Origin: Coniocarpon cinnabarinum
Taxonomy: Eukaryota
Direction of reading: 5' to 3'
DNA: 45,335 nucleotides
Assembly (NCBI GenBank): GCA_051942205.1
Contig: JAVECO010000072.1
Coordinates: 62,001-107,335, forward strand
The notes under the pieces were generated by a model. The model did not search any database. It was not told the origin of the DNA and worked only from the letters and a program-made list of their open reading frames with translations. Of this stretch, positions 33,951 through 43,776 are shown piece after piece. A program made the position numbers and the translations under genes. Position 1 is the first letter of the stretch. Each line of letters begins with the position of its first letter.

Positions 33951-36900
33951 TCAAGCAATCTCGCCATAGAAACATCCTCGGACACTGTTCATGAGCCGAA
34001 TTTTCATGCCAGCTCTGAGTCCCTCTCTTCGAATCTGACCAAAAACTAGACTTCGACAGCCAACCAAGCTTTGGCATTCAATGCCACGAAGGCATGCGGA
34101 TTCCGGTGTTTCCCATCGATCTATTTGTTCGTTGTAGACCGCAATGTTTGTAAAAGATCCTTCTGTAAGGATATCGTCACCACTTTCTGGCGCGAAGGGT
34201 CTCTCACGCGAGGCTGAGTGCCCTACATTCGGTCGAAATAGGAGGACCTCCTCGCCGTCTTTGGCTCCTGCGCGCTGTCGAGCCAGGTTGTAGTGCTCCC
34301 GAAAAGATGTTTTGTATTCTACGAATGGATCAAAGTATGGTGTGTTGGTTGAGTATGGATCCAGCCGGACTTTCATCAAGCTTCGCTGCTGGTGGGCGGG
34401 TTCAATGCGCTTTGACCTTACTGCGATGCGTCCACTGGCATCAACTGACAGACTGACTCGAAAAGGGTGGCACCTCGATTCAACACATAGTTGAGACTTC
34501 ACCCAATGCGCCAATTTGTCAGGTACGCCACCTGTTTGATCCGGGATGTCTCTTTGTACGACATTATTTTCATCGCAACCTAGAAGCGAGGGACTTCGAA
34601 ATTGGAACCTCTTCAATGTCTTCGTTAGCCTTTTCATATGATCCTCCCATCGGCGAAAGCCTTTTGTTGGGTCCCATAAGATTGTTTCCAATACTTCAAA
34701 TATGGGTTGGAAGATCCTGTCAACGGAGTGACTTTTCAGTTGTCGCTCTTGCCACTCATCATGGGCGTCACTCAATGCTGTGATGGCTCCTCCGGCTCCG
34801 ATGCGCCAAAACGGCTCACCCGGATATTGGATCGCATTGCGAATAGCAACACTGGTTCGGCAATTGCCGCGTACGTCGATGTAGCCCACTACACCACTAT
34901 ACAGACCTCTAGGCTCATAGTTCTCCAGGTTCTGCAGAATTCGACATGATCGACGCTTCGGAGCACCGGTCATACTGCCTGGTGGAAGTGAGCTGCGTAA
35001 TAAGTCCCATGCGCTTGTATTGGGGCGCGTCTTGGCCTCCACCGTTGACACGAGCTGAAACATGTGCTCGAGCTCTTCGACATGCATAAGCAGTGGACAA
35101 CAGACTTCATCAGACACTCGAGCAAGGTCGTTCCTGATTAGGTCAACAATCATGAGGTTTTCAGCAACCACTTTTGGAGTAGACAGCGCTTTTCGGGCCT
35201 CCGCGATGTCGATTTTGCGTCCGCTTTCATCGAGCTTTTTTAAAGTGCCCTTGATAGGCTTCATAGTTGCCCTCCGAGCGGACGCATCAAAAGATAAAAA
35301 CAGCTCTGGACTTGCCGACAAGAAAGCCGTATCAGGAGAGAGCAGACAAGACATGTACGAAGCTGGACTCTGATTACGCAAGGTTTCGTAAAGCCGCAAA
35401 AGGGTATAAGCATTGGAGATCCTTGCGTTATCCCCACTGAGACCAGTGCCGCTTTGGTGATGGTCTGAAGATAAATGTATCGACGGACAATGCACTTGGC
35501 TGCAGGCAGTGAGACAAAGCTCATACGAATCGCCAGCTTTGATGTGTTCCTGCGCTTCCAGAATGCGACTCGTGTAGACACTTTCGTCTGGATGCGTCAC
35601 TCGTCCGATCTCAGTCAAGGGCACTGTAGCGTCTGCGACGAGCTGTCCTTCACCCTTACAGTGTTGACGCATCTCCGCTATCCATTCATGATCCTGTGCT
35701 AATGAGATGAGATAGGCCTTGCGCGTTGGCCGATGGTAAGCCACTGTATTCACTGACCAAGCCAGATATATGTCATCATACTGTGTCGAATGCAGGCTTC
35801 GCCCCTGGTCCTTGCCGTCTCTCGCCAAGTAAGCCTCAAGGCCCAAATGAGCAAGACCAAGCTCGTAACTGAACCAACCAAGAAAGCCTCCCCAAAAAGG
35901 CACGCTAGGTGGGCCGCTCTTGAATCCTTGGGAAGAAGTGAAGCGCTGAAGGTATTGCCAGACTTCGTCTAATGGAGCTTGGTATGACTCCAAAACCCTG
36001 GGCTCCCTGTTGCTCTCATGTGGATCTACTGACTGTTCCCACCTGCACACCTGAGTGCGCAAAGAGTATCGAAAGATGTTTGCGGTTGCTGTATGACTGA
36101 AGAAGCTCCATTCACCTTTCGAATTGGAATCCAGTAGAAGGAGGCCAGACTCATTCTTTTGAGCCGACTTGACTACTTCGAAGAAGTCGCCATCAATGCA
36201 AATTTCGTCCCAGATGACGTCTTTTTGCGTACGAAGCGGTCCATTTGTAAGCCTGTCGACATGATGAATTTGGCTTATACCGCTGCCGACATCGGTCTTT
36301 TGAAAAAGGGCTTCCGTGGGCGCTGCTTGGCGAGACGCTGCAAGCAAGAATTCGGACACCACTGTCTCACAATTCTCTGAATAGATGGACTCTGGATGAT
36401 ACTGTACTCCCCACACTGGCCGACTCTTATGCTTGACTTCCATTACACACGAGTTGGTCGCGTCTTCGAAGTTCCTAGCAACACCTACAACATCTATTAT
36501 TGACTGAGTGCCCTGATCGAGAAAGATCTCCAGGGAGTGATAGCGCGTAGCTCGTCGTCCCAAAGACTTGTGTCCCAGATCCACAATCTCGGATACGATC
36601 CCATGATGCGGTGTCGCAAGCCTTCGGATCGTACCACCAAACGCCTTGCAGATTGCCTGAAAGCCTAGACAAATTCCAAACACAGGTACGGAGGGCGCAG
36701 AAGCCAACAGAGTTGGTGTAAAGTCGCCGATATCGTCGGTCTCCTCCACGGTGCCCGGACCAGCTGAGAGAATGACTCCGTGATATGCTTGAGCGACTTT
36801 TGATACATCAGAGCTATTGAGTTCCGTATATCGTTTAATGTCAAAAGTGGTGCTCAAGGTGACGTTGGGGATGTCGGTTGCTGCTCTACTGATGAAAGCC

Positions 36901-36968
36901 GGAATGTTGTAAGTGTACGAGTCCAGGTAGTCAACAAGCAACAGATGAATACTTTGGCTTGTGGCCAT
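33951..36968 (-). CDS. ABZ1: Trifunctional p-aminobenzoate synthase: glutamine amidotransferase (PabA) + aminodeoxychorismate synthase (PabB) + aminodeoxychorismate lyase (PabC/Abz2-like), single exon, 1005 aa
   Basis: GATase: DSYTYN, SAGPG, GIC100LG, RYHSL, QYH191PE193S. PabB: GGFLGWFSYE, GDSYELCLT, SASPELFL, MKPIKGT, AENLMIVDLIRNDL, PPGSMTGAPK, GAGGAITALS. C-terminal ~250 aa: ETILWDP..HMKRL, YK886TSFREHYNLAR, EEVLL, LTEGSFTNI, ETP..ACLRGI, LMNSVRG. Confidence 0.9.
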   Translation of the reverse strand: MATSQSIHLLLVDYLDSYTYNIPAFISRAATDIPNVTLSTTFDIKRYTELNSSDVSKVAQAYHGVILSAGPGTVEETDDIGDFTPTLLASAPSVPVFGICLGFQAICKAFGGTIRRLATPHHGIVSEIVDLGHKSLGRRATRYHSLEIFLDQGTQSIIDVVGVARNFEDATNSCVMEVKHKSRPVWGVQYHPESIYSENCETVVSEFLLAASRQAAPTEALFQKTDVGSGISQIHHVDRLTNGPLRTQKDVIWDEICIDGDFFEVVKSAQKNESGLLLLDSNSKGEWSFFSHTATANIFRYSLRTQVCRWEQSVDPHESNREPRVLESYQAPLDEVWQYLQRFTSSQGFKSGPPSVPFWGGFLGWFSYELGLAHLGLEAYLARDGKDQGRSLHSTQYDDIYLAWSVNTVAYHRPTRKAYLISLAQDHEWIAEMRQHCKGEGQLVADATVPLTEIGRVTHPDESVYTSRILEAQEHIKAGDSYELCLTACSQVHCPSIHLSSDHHQSGTGLSGDNARISNAYTLLRLYETLRNQSPASYMSCLLSPDTAFLSASPELFLSFDASARRATMKPIKGTLKKLDESGRKIDIAEARKALSTPKVVAENLMIVDLIRNDLARVSDEVCCPLLMHVEELEHMFQLVSTVEAKTRPNTSAWDLLRSSLPPGSMTGAPKRRSCRILQNLENYEPRGLYSGVVGYIDVRGNCRTSVAIRNAIQYPGEPFWRIGAGGAITALSDAHDEWQERQLKSHSVDRIFQPIFEVLETILWDPTKGFRRWEDHMKRLTKTLKRFQFRSPSLLGCDENNVVQRDIPDQTGGVPDKLAHWVKSQLCVESRCHPFRVSLSVDASGRIAVRSKRIEPAHQQRSLMKVRLDPYSTNTPYFDPFVEYKTSFREHYNLARQRAGAKDGEEVLLFRPNVGHSASRERPFAPESGDDILTEGSFTNIAVYNEQIDRWETPESACLRGIECQSLVGCRSLVFGQIRREGLRAGMKIRLMNSVRGCFYGEIA

Positions 36969-38250
36969 ACTTGGAAAAAGCGAAAATCAGCCTGCGAGGT
37001 CAATGCAGTGATGCACGGCCGTGATTACAGTGTCGCTGTGTGCGACGTGCCAGCCTTAGAGACGGTCAAAAAGCCATGGGCGCCAGTCAATGCTGAAGTG
37101 TTGTAGATCGTCAGAATATAAAATTCTGTCTTTCAGATGTTCTACAGTCTCGACCCTGTTGATCTCCGCAGGACCAGACCACAAGAAGAATCGAGCGTGT
37201 GGAGTAGAACACTGAAAGTTTTTTTTTCCTCTAAGATTGACTGCGGGCCAACATCGGGCTCTCAACAACTATCATGAAGATCTCTTCTCCAGTTCCAATG
37301 ACCAACACGTTACGCACTCACAATACTTACCAAGCATCGGTGGCAAGGTGGAACGCTGTAACGGAACCAAGTCAAACAAGAAAGGATCTCAAACATTTGA
37401 TACAGTCTGCAGTTCGAAACGCAAATAGATACATGCAGCTGAAGGAAAAGTTTGCATAGGAAGCCGGGAATGCCGAACATCCCCGAACCCGAAGTCGGTT
37501 TGGACGTATTTAAGTGACCCGGCAAAAGCCAGGGATTCAAGACATGCTGTAGTATGGTTGTGAACGAGAAGGCCGAGGGCGCGAAAGGTTTTAGTGTCGA
37601 AGTAGTAGACGCGTCGGTCGGAGCCTTCGAAGACTTGTTGAGCTTGCACGGAGGCACGACATCATCTCCTTGGCGAGCTTTTGCTCTCCAACCTCGCCGC
37701 TCCGGGCACTGCCGCCAGTATAAAGCTACGCCGCCTTTGCTTGCACAAGCAATGAAGACCCGAGGCGCTTTGCACGGTCGAGAATGTGCAGGCGATCATA
37801 CATGCAGAGTAAAAGCAAGCTGATAAGTGTGAATCCAGAGCGATCAAGACCTCGCCGAGGCCTGTGAATGCCACTCAACAAGTGGGATCTCTAATAGCCG
37901 TGGACTCGGTGTAAAGGTTCCAGACGTGTGATCATGAGTTCAAGCAGGCTTTGACGAGTCTTAAATTGCGGCAGTGACAAGCAGAGGACCAGCATGGGGA
38001 TGCAAGACTTGAAGGCGACTTTTTCAGCCGCGTGACGATCCAACTTGCGGGCAGGGTCTAGAAACTGCCTAACGATTTGATCACGATGAACAGGCGGCAA
38101 GTGCGGGCAGCCTCTGGAAAACGATTCGTCCTGACACTGTGTACCCAACTCATTCTACGTCGAAGCTAGACGATCGCCCACTCCCGCTGTCGTGCATGTT
38201 GCAAAGTCCGCGTCAGGTATGACTCTATCCGCGTGCCTGAAAGCTGGAGC

Positions 38251-40371
38251 ATGGCAACCTCATCACCTCGAACTTTGGGCAAAGGGCGAGTCATCGGCGC
38301 CAGACCCCAGCCTTCCCAGCCTTCTCCTCTCTCTCACTCTTCAACCCCTCCCAAGCAGATAGCGTCGAGTCCATCTCAAGATACCCTGAAGGCGCCCAAC
38401 CAGCCCTTTCAGTCTCCATCTGAGAGCTCACTCAGCCTCAACTCCCAGCAATCAACCAGTCGCAGTAGCAATGACGAGCAAGACATCAGCGCCGCGTTGG
38501 CTCGGCAGACGAAGGAACGGGAGAGCAATGGCGGGGGCGTGGGAGCCCAAGCCCAGTTGATATGTCCGATTTGCAACGAGCAGATGATGACGCTGCTCCA
38601 ACTCAACAGACACCTCGACGACGCTCATAAGGGCATACAAGAAGAGGAACAAGACGAGATTCAAGATTGGTTCAAAACCCAAGTGATCAAAGCGAAGAAG
38701 TTTCAGCCGTTGGCTCTGTTGAACCAGAAATTCAAGGGACTTGATGTTTTCGATCTGAACGAAGAGCGGCGCTCCTCGTCTGCGTCGCCCGCGCCTCGGT
38801 CGAGACAAAGCTCTCCACAGCCCATCAGGCCCTCAGCACTACCTGAGACTGTTCAAGCAAGAGTTGTGGATCCGGACGATGTCGTGACGAAAGATCACTG
38901 GCAACGTTACACTCGTGATGGTACATGCTCAGATCCCATGTGTGAACGTCGGCTCGGCGGCATGGATGGTCGGATCAACTGTCGCAAGTGCGGCAAGCTC
39001 TTCTGCGAGGAGCATACCATGTATCAAATGAAGCTTAGCAAAAGTGCTCAGCACGAGCCGATCAGAGGATACTGGTGCCGGGTCTGTGAGACTTGCTACA
39101 AATCAAGAGAGGGCTATAATGATCGTGCAGGCGCCGAAGAGGACATCACGAACGACTTCAAGCAAGTGCGCCGAAAAGCCATGGACAAAGCCTACTTGCA
39201 TGTCAGCCGACTGGAGAAGCGACTCACAAAGCTAACACAGCTGCTGGCAAATGCACGCCTCGACCAGGACCAGGGCACCGTCGCCTATTTACGCAAAGCA
39301 TCTGGACAGAAGAGTCAGCGGCGGCTGCTCGAGGAGTCGGTCGTAGACTGGCAGGATGACGCAAGCATTACGAATTGTCCCTTTTGCCATCAGGAGTTTA
39401 CCAGCTACACGTTCCGTCGACATCACTGCCGACTTTGCGGACGTGTGGTCTGCGCTGATCCGGCTACCTCATGTTCAACGCAGGAATCACTGGATGTGGA
39501 CCCTGCGCATGCGCAACATGCGGCATCTGAGAAGAGCGGGGAGCTGGTGAAAGTCGACGTTCGCATGTGCCAGGATTGCAGCACCACACTGTTCAGCAAG
39601 GCCGATTTCGCACGAGAAGTGGCTCAAATGCCACCAGACCAACGTGCTTTCCGCACTCTCAAGCAGTTTGAACACGGCATCGAACTCATGTTACCTCGGT
39701 TTCAAAGACTGTTGCAAGTGCTGCAAGACCCGGATGATCCGCCTTCGCATGCTCAGATTGGTGAGGCAACCAAGGTGCGGAAAAGGTTGACAGATGCCTT
39801 TACGCAATACGACATGGCTGCGCGGCGAGTTCGCGATGCCCCGAGTTCGTCTGAGATGCAGGCGAGGCTTCAGAAGCAGGTCTACGTGCAAGCGTCACAG
39901 TTTTTGCACACGCACATGCTTCCCCTGAAGTCATTGCCCAAGATTCTCAAGCACGCGGCGCCGCCCAGCAGCGGCCTCCATAGCCGCAACTCGTCGACCG
40001 CCAGTGTGATGACTGTCAATGGGCGCCAATCCGCGTCGCCAGCACCTCAGCTTCGAAGCAGTCCGCTGACAGCAATCAAGAACGCAGACACAGATGGAAC
40101 CGGTGCATCCTCACAGGCCTCGCAGTCGTCACGCTTGTCGGTGCTGGAGGACGAGGAGAAGACGGCGCGAGAGCAGCTGATAGTGTTAGAGGAGCAGCGA
40201 TTCATGGTGGGCGAGATGCTTGCAGATGCGCAGCGGCGGCGGAAGTTTGAAGAGGTGGAGAGCCTAGGAAGAAACGTGGAAGACTTGGACACGGAGTGCG
40301 GTCGGCTGCGGGGAGAGCTGGAGAAAGTCAAGACGCAGGTGGAGGAGGTGTGGAAGTATGGGGAGCGATGA
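38251..40371 (+). CDS. PEP7: Vacuolar segregation/endosomal tethering protein Pep7/Vac1 (rabenosyn-5 homolog), ~706 aa
   Basis: C2H2 finger CPIC..LNRHLDDAH, degenerate FYVE NCRKCGKLFCEEH..RVCETC, canonical FYVE WQDD..CPFC..RRHHCRLCGRVVC, C-terminal coiled coil with LEEQRF..RRKFEEVESL. Confidence 0.93.
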   Translation: MATSSPRTLGKGRVIGARPQPSQPSPLSHSSTPPKQIASSPSQDTLKAPNQPFQSPSESSLSLNSQQSTSRSSNDEQDISAALARQTKERESNGGGVGAQAQLICPICNEQMMTLLQLNRHLDDAHKGIQEEEQDEIQDWFKTQVIKAKKFQPLALLNQKFKGLDVFDLNEERRSSSASPAPRSRQSSPQPIRPSALPETVQARVVDPDDVVTKDHWQRYTRDGTCSDPMCERRLGGMDGRINCRKCGKLFCEEHTMYQMKLSKSAQHEPIRGYWCRVCETCYKSREGYNDRAGAEEDITNDFKQVRRKAMDKAYLHVSRLEKRLTKLTQLLANARLDQDQGTVAYLRKASGQKSQRRLLEESVVDWQDDASITNCPFCHQEFTSYTFRRHHCRLCGRVVCADPATSCSTQESLDVDPAHAQHAASEKSGELVKVDVRMCQDCSTTLFSKADFAREVAQMPPDQRAFRTLKQFEHGIELMLPRFQRLLQVLQDPDDPPSHAQIGEATKVRKRLTDAFTQYDMAARRVRDAPSSSEMQARLQKQVYVQASQFLHTHMLPLKSLPKILKHAAPPSSGLHSRNSSTASVMTVNGRQSASPAPQLRSSPLTAIKNADTDGTGASSQASQSSRLSVLEDEEKTAREQLIVLEEQRFMVGEMLADAQRRRKFEEVESLGRNVEDLDTECGRLRGELEKVKTQVEEVWKYGER

Positions 40372-41155
40372 TGGATCCCAGCTTCTGTTGTCGTGTTGCA
40401 GGCATAGCGCGGCGTTGGAAGGGGCTTGTGATGTTGCATGATATGCGCTAGATATATAACTAGGTACAAAGCTCAGTATCTTCACCTACAGACACGGAGC
40501 AGCTCCGATGCATGGAGTTGACCTGTTGCGCGCATCTGTGTCGCCCCGGTAGCCAGGCACGAGGGCGGGGTCGATATATCTGCTGATCTATCTCTCTCCC
40601 ATAGAGAGTAGATCGGCTCGTGTAGACTATGATTGGCTTGATTAGACTGACTGGTCGACGGCACTACGCTCTTAGGACTAGAGGTGAGCAGAATATCGAG
40701 GGTATCGATACTCGGTATCTAGTGACGTTGTGGTCTTGGACGCACACAACACCAGCCCCACGTTCGTCGCGCTGCATATACTATGTGATCATATACTCCG
40801 TACAGGGGCACACGACACACGGGAAAGCCACTCAAAGCAGGCAACACATCTGCTGGCGACTCTTGTGCCGATACATGAGGCGCGGCTGGTGCTTTCGAGC
40901 CTCAGCATAGGATACTCCCGCCTTGCATTCACCTTTTCCTTCGCCAAGCCCAGTCTCGGCCCTCCTCTGCCAACTCTCGCAGCTGCTGTGTCCACCTACA
41001 GTCACCAGTCTGTATTCAGACTGCCTCAGACACACTCAGCCGCCTCTCAATCCCCTCTTTAGCTATCTACTCTTACCTCCCGATTTTCGTCCTACCCTTT
41101 CTTTTCCTTTCTTCGCTCGAGCAGCTGCCCCACTTGGCCATTGTTAGCTTCCAAC

Positions 41156-43776
41156 ATGGACTTTATCAAGTCAAAACTCGAGAACACGAGGATCCACGAG
41201 GCTAAGATCCAGGCCGGACACCTCAAGTCCTCCGTGGGCAAGTTCGCCAACATCATCAACCCCAATCATCGCCATGACGAGGAGCACGAGAAACGCACCG
41301 ACGAAAAGCGCAATCGCATTGCCGAGTCCCACCGCTTTCAGTCGTTTGCGCCCGAGCGCGACGGCAACAAGATCAAGTGGTACATCGATGGCCGCGACTA
41401 CTACCATGCGGTCAGCATGTCGCTTGAGCGCGCCCAGGAAACCATCTACATTGAAGACTGGTGGTTGAGTCCGGAGCTGTTCCTGCGCCGACCACCCTAT
41501 GGAACGCAGGAATGGAGGCTCGACCAATGCCTCAAGCGCGCTGCTGAAAGAGGTGTTAAGATCTACGTTGTGGTCTACAAAGAAGTCGAGGCCGCCGTCA
41601 GCTGTAACTCAAACCACACCAAGCAAGCCCTCCGTGCACTTTGCCCGCCGGGTACACCAGGCCATGGCAACATCAATGTGATGCGGCACCCCGATCACAA
41701 CGTGTTTGAGAATGCAGGAGATATGACCTTCTACTGGGCTCATCACGAGAAGTTCATTGTGATCGACTACAATCTCGCCTACATTGGAGGCCTGGACTTG
41801 TGCTTTGGCCGTTGGGACACCAAGCAGCACCCACTCTCGGATGTGTCGCCGGCCGGAGTTGACAACACGATTTGGCCTGGTCAAGACTACAACAACAATC
41901 GTATCATGGATTTCCAGTCCGTCGGTGACTGGGCTCAGAACCAGCTATCCAAGGCTGAGTACGGACGCATGCCATGGCATGATGTCGCCATGGGCGTAAT
42001 TGGACCGTGTGTGTACGACATCGCCGAGCATTTTGTTCTACGATGGAACTTTGTCAAGCGTGACAAGTACAAACGTGACGATCGTTTCGACTGGATCACC
42101 ATGGAAGGACGAAACGGCGAAGACGAGGACATCGTTGCTGTGCAGAGACCACATCATCCGGTTGGCGAGTACTTGAAACACCCACTGACACCACTGAGCG
42201 AGAAAACGATCAGCAAACCGCAAGGGACCGTTCATGCACAGATAGTCCGCAGTAGTGCAGATTGGAGCTCCGGTATCTTGACAGAGCACTCCATACAGAA
42301 TGCTTACAAAGAGGTCATCCGTGGCGCGCAGCATTATGTGTACATTGAGAATCAATTCTTTGGTAAGTCTGTCTTATCCCTGGCTCGTGAACGCTTCACT
42401 GACCACGCGTAGTCACTGCCACCGGCGAGGAGCAGAAGCCAATCCACAACACTATTGGTGAAGCCATAGTAGATGCCATCGTGCGCGCTGACAAAGAGGG
42501 ACGGAAGTTCAGAGTCATCGTCGTTATACCTTCCATCCCCGGCTTTGCTGGCGACTTGCGATCCGATGCAGCAACCGGAACACGAGCTATCATGGACTAC
42601 CAATACAAGTCCATCCACCGCGGCGAACACAGCATTTTCGGCAAATGTCAAGCTGCAGGGGTTGACGCGTCCAAGTACTTCTTCATCTTCAATCTCCGTA
42701 GCTATGATCGCATCAACACTACGATGGCTATGAAAAAGCAAGAAGAGCTCAGTGGTGTTTCGTATCAGGAGCTTCAGCGCGCCAATGCCGAAGAAATCAT
42801 GAGCGGCGCTATTCACGGAGCTAGACCTGACACCAATGCCAAGCATCCCAACGTAGATCCTAAGCAGAAGATTGCCCAGATGAAGGCTAAGAAGGCTGGC
42901 GAGTGGGACGAGACTGGAGACGAGACACGCGACACCTTCCTTCAAAAGAAGGAGCTCTTCGAGTCGAAACGTTCTGAGGTTGGATTGGACATGTTCAACG
43001 ATATCGATGGAGACAAAGTGGCAGACAGTGCCGATTCTATTGCCAAGGATGCGCTTTTGGATCAGCCCAAGCCCAGCGAGGAACTGTGGAATGAGCAGCA
43101 TCCCGAGCAAGAAAAGGAGAACTTTGTGCAAGAAGAGCTATATCCACATGACAAAGTGCTCATCGTGGACGACAAGATTGTTCTGTGCGGCTCATCAAAC
43201 ATCAACGACCGATCACAATTAGGATACCACGACAGTGAGCTGACGATAGTGATGGAAGATCATGAAGAATTCGACTCCATCATGGACGGGCAACATTACC
43301 GCGCAGGACGTCATGCAGCCACCTTGCGCCGCATGCTCTGGCGCGAGCATCTAGGCCTCATCGAGCCACAGCCCCTCGACGCATCTCACGACCCCAACGC
43401 ACAACCGCCCGACGACTGCATGAACGAATGCGAAGACAACAACGAGTACACCCAATTCGTCGCCGACCCCCTCAACGACGACCTGTGGCAAATGTGGACG
43501 GAGCGTGCCACCACCAACACGGACACCTTCCGTCGCCTGTTCCGCGCCGATCCAGACGACAATATCAAGACCTTTGCCGACTATGACAAGTTTACGCCCA
43601 AGGACATGAAGCAAGGACATCTGTTTGACATGTTCATGCCCGTGGCGGACGTTCGCAAGGCGCTGGATCAAATCAAGGGACATCTTGTTTGGTTTCCTCT
43701 AGACTTTTTGAAGGATGCAAACATGGCGGAGAAGGGACTGCAAGTGAATGCGTACACGGAGAGTATCTACACGTAG
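41156..43776 (+). CDS. Phospholipase D (fungal type lacking PX/PH domains, not Spo14), 2 exons, ~856 aa
   Basis: IKWYIDGRDY, DWWLSPEL, HKD1 WAHHEKFIVID, GGLDLCFGRWD, RMPWHD, YIENQFF (intron 42363-42412), HKD2 HDKVLIVDD..GSSNINDRSQLG..DSE, LWREHLG. Confidence 0.95.

Noticed and set aside
37323..37331. ATACTTACC resembling the 5' end of U1 snRNA
   Set aside because: The downstream sequence does not follow U1 (no CUGG continuation, stem-loops or Sm site evident). It is simply the complement of a splice-donor-like word.
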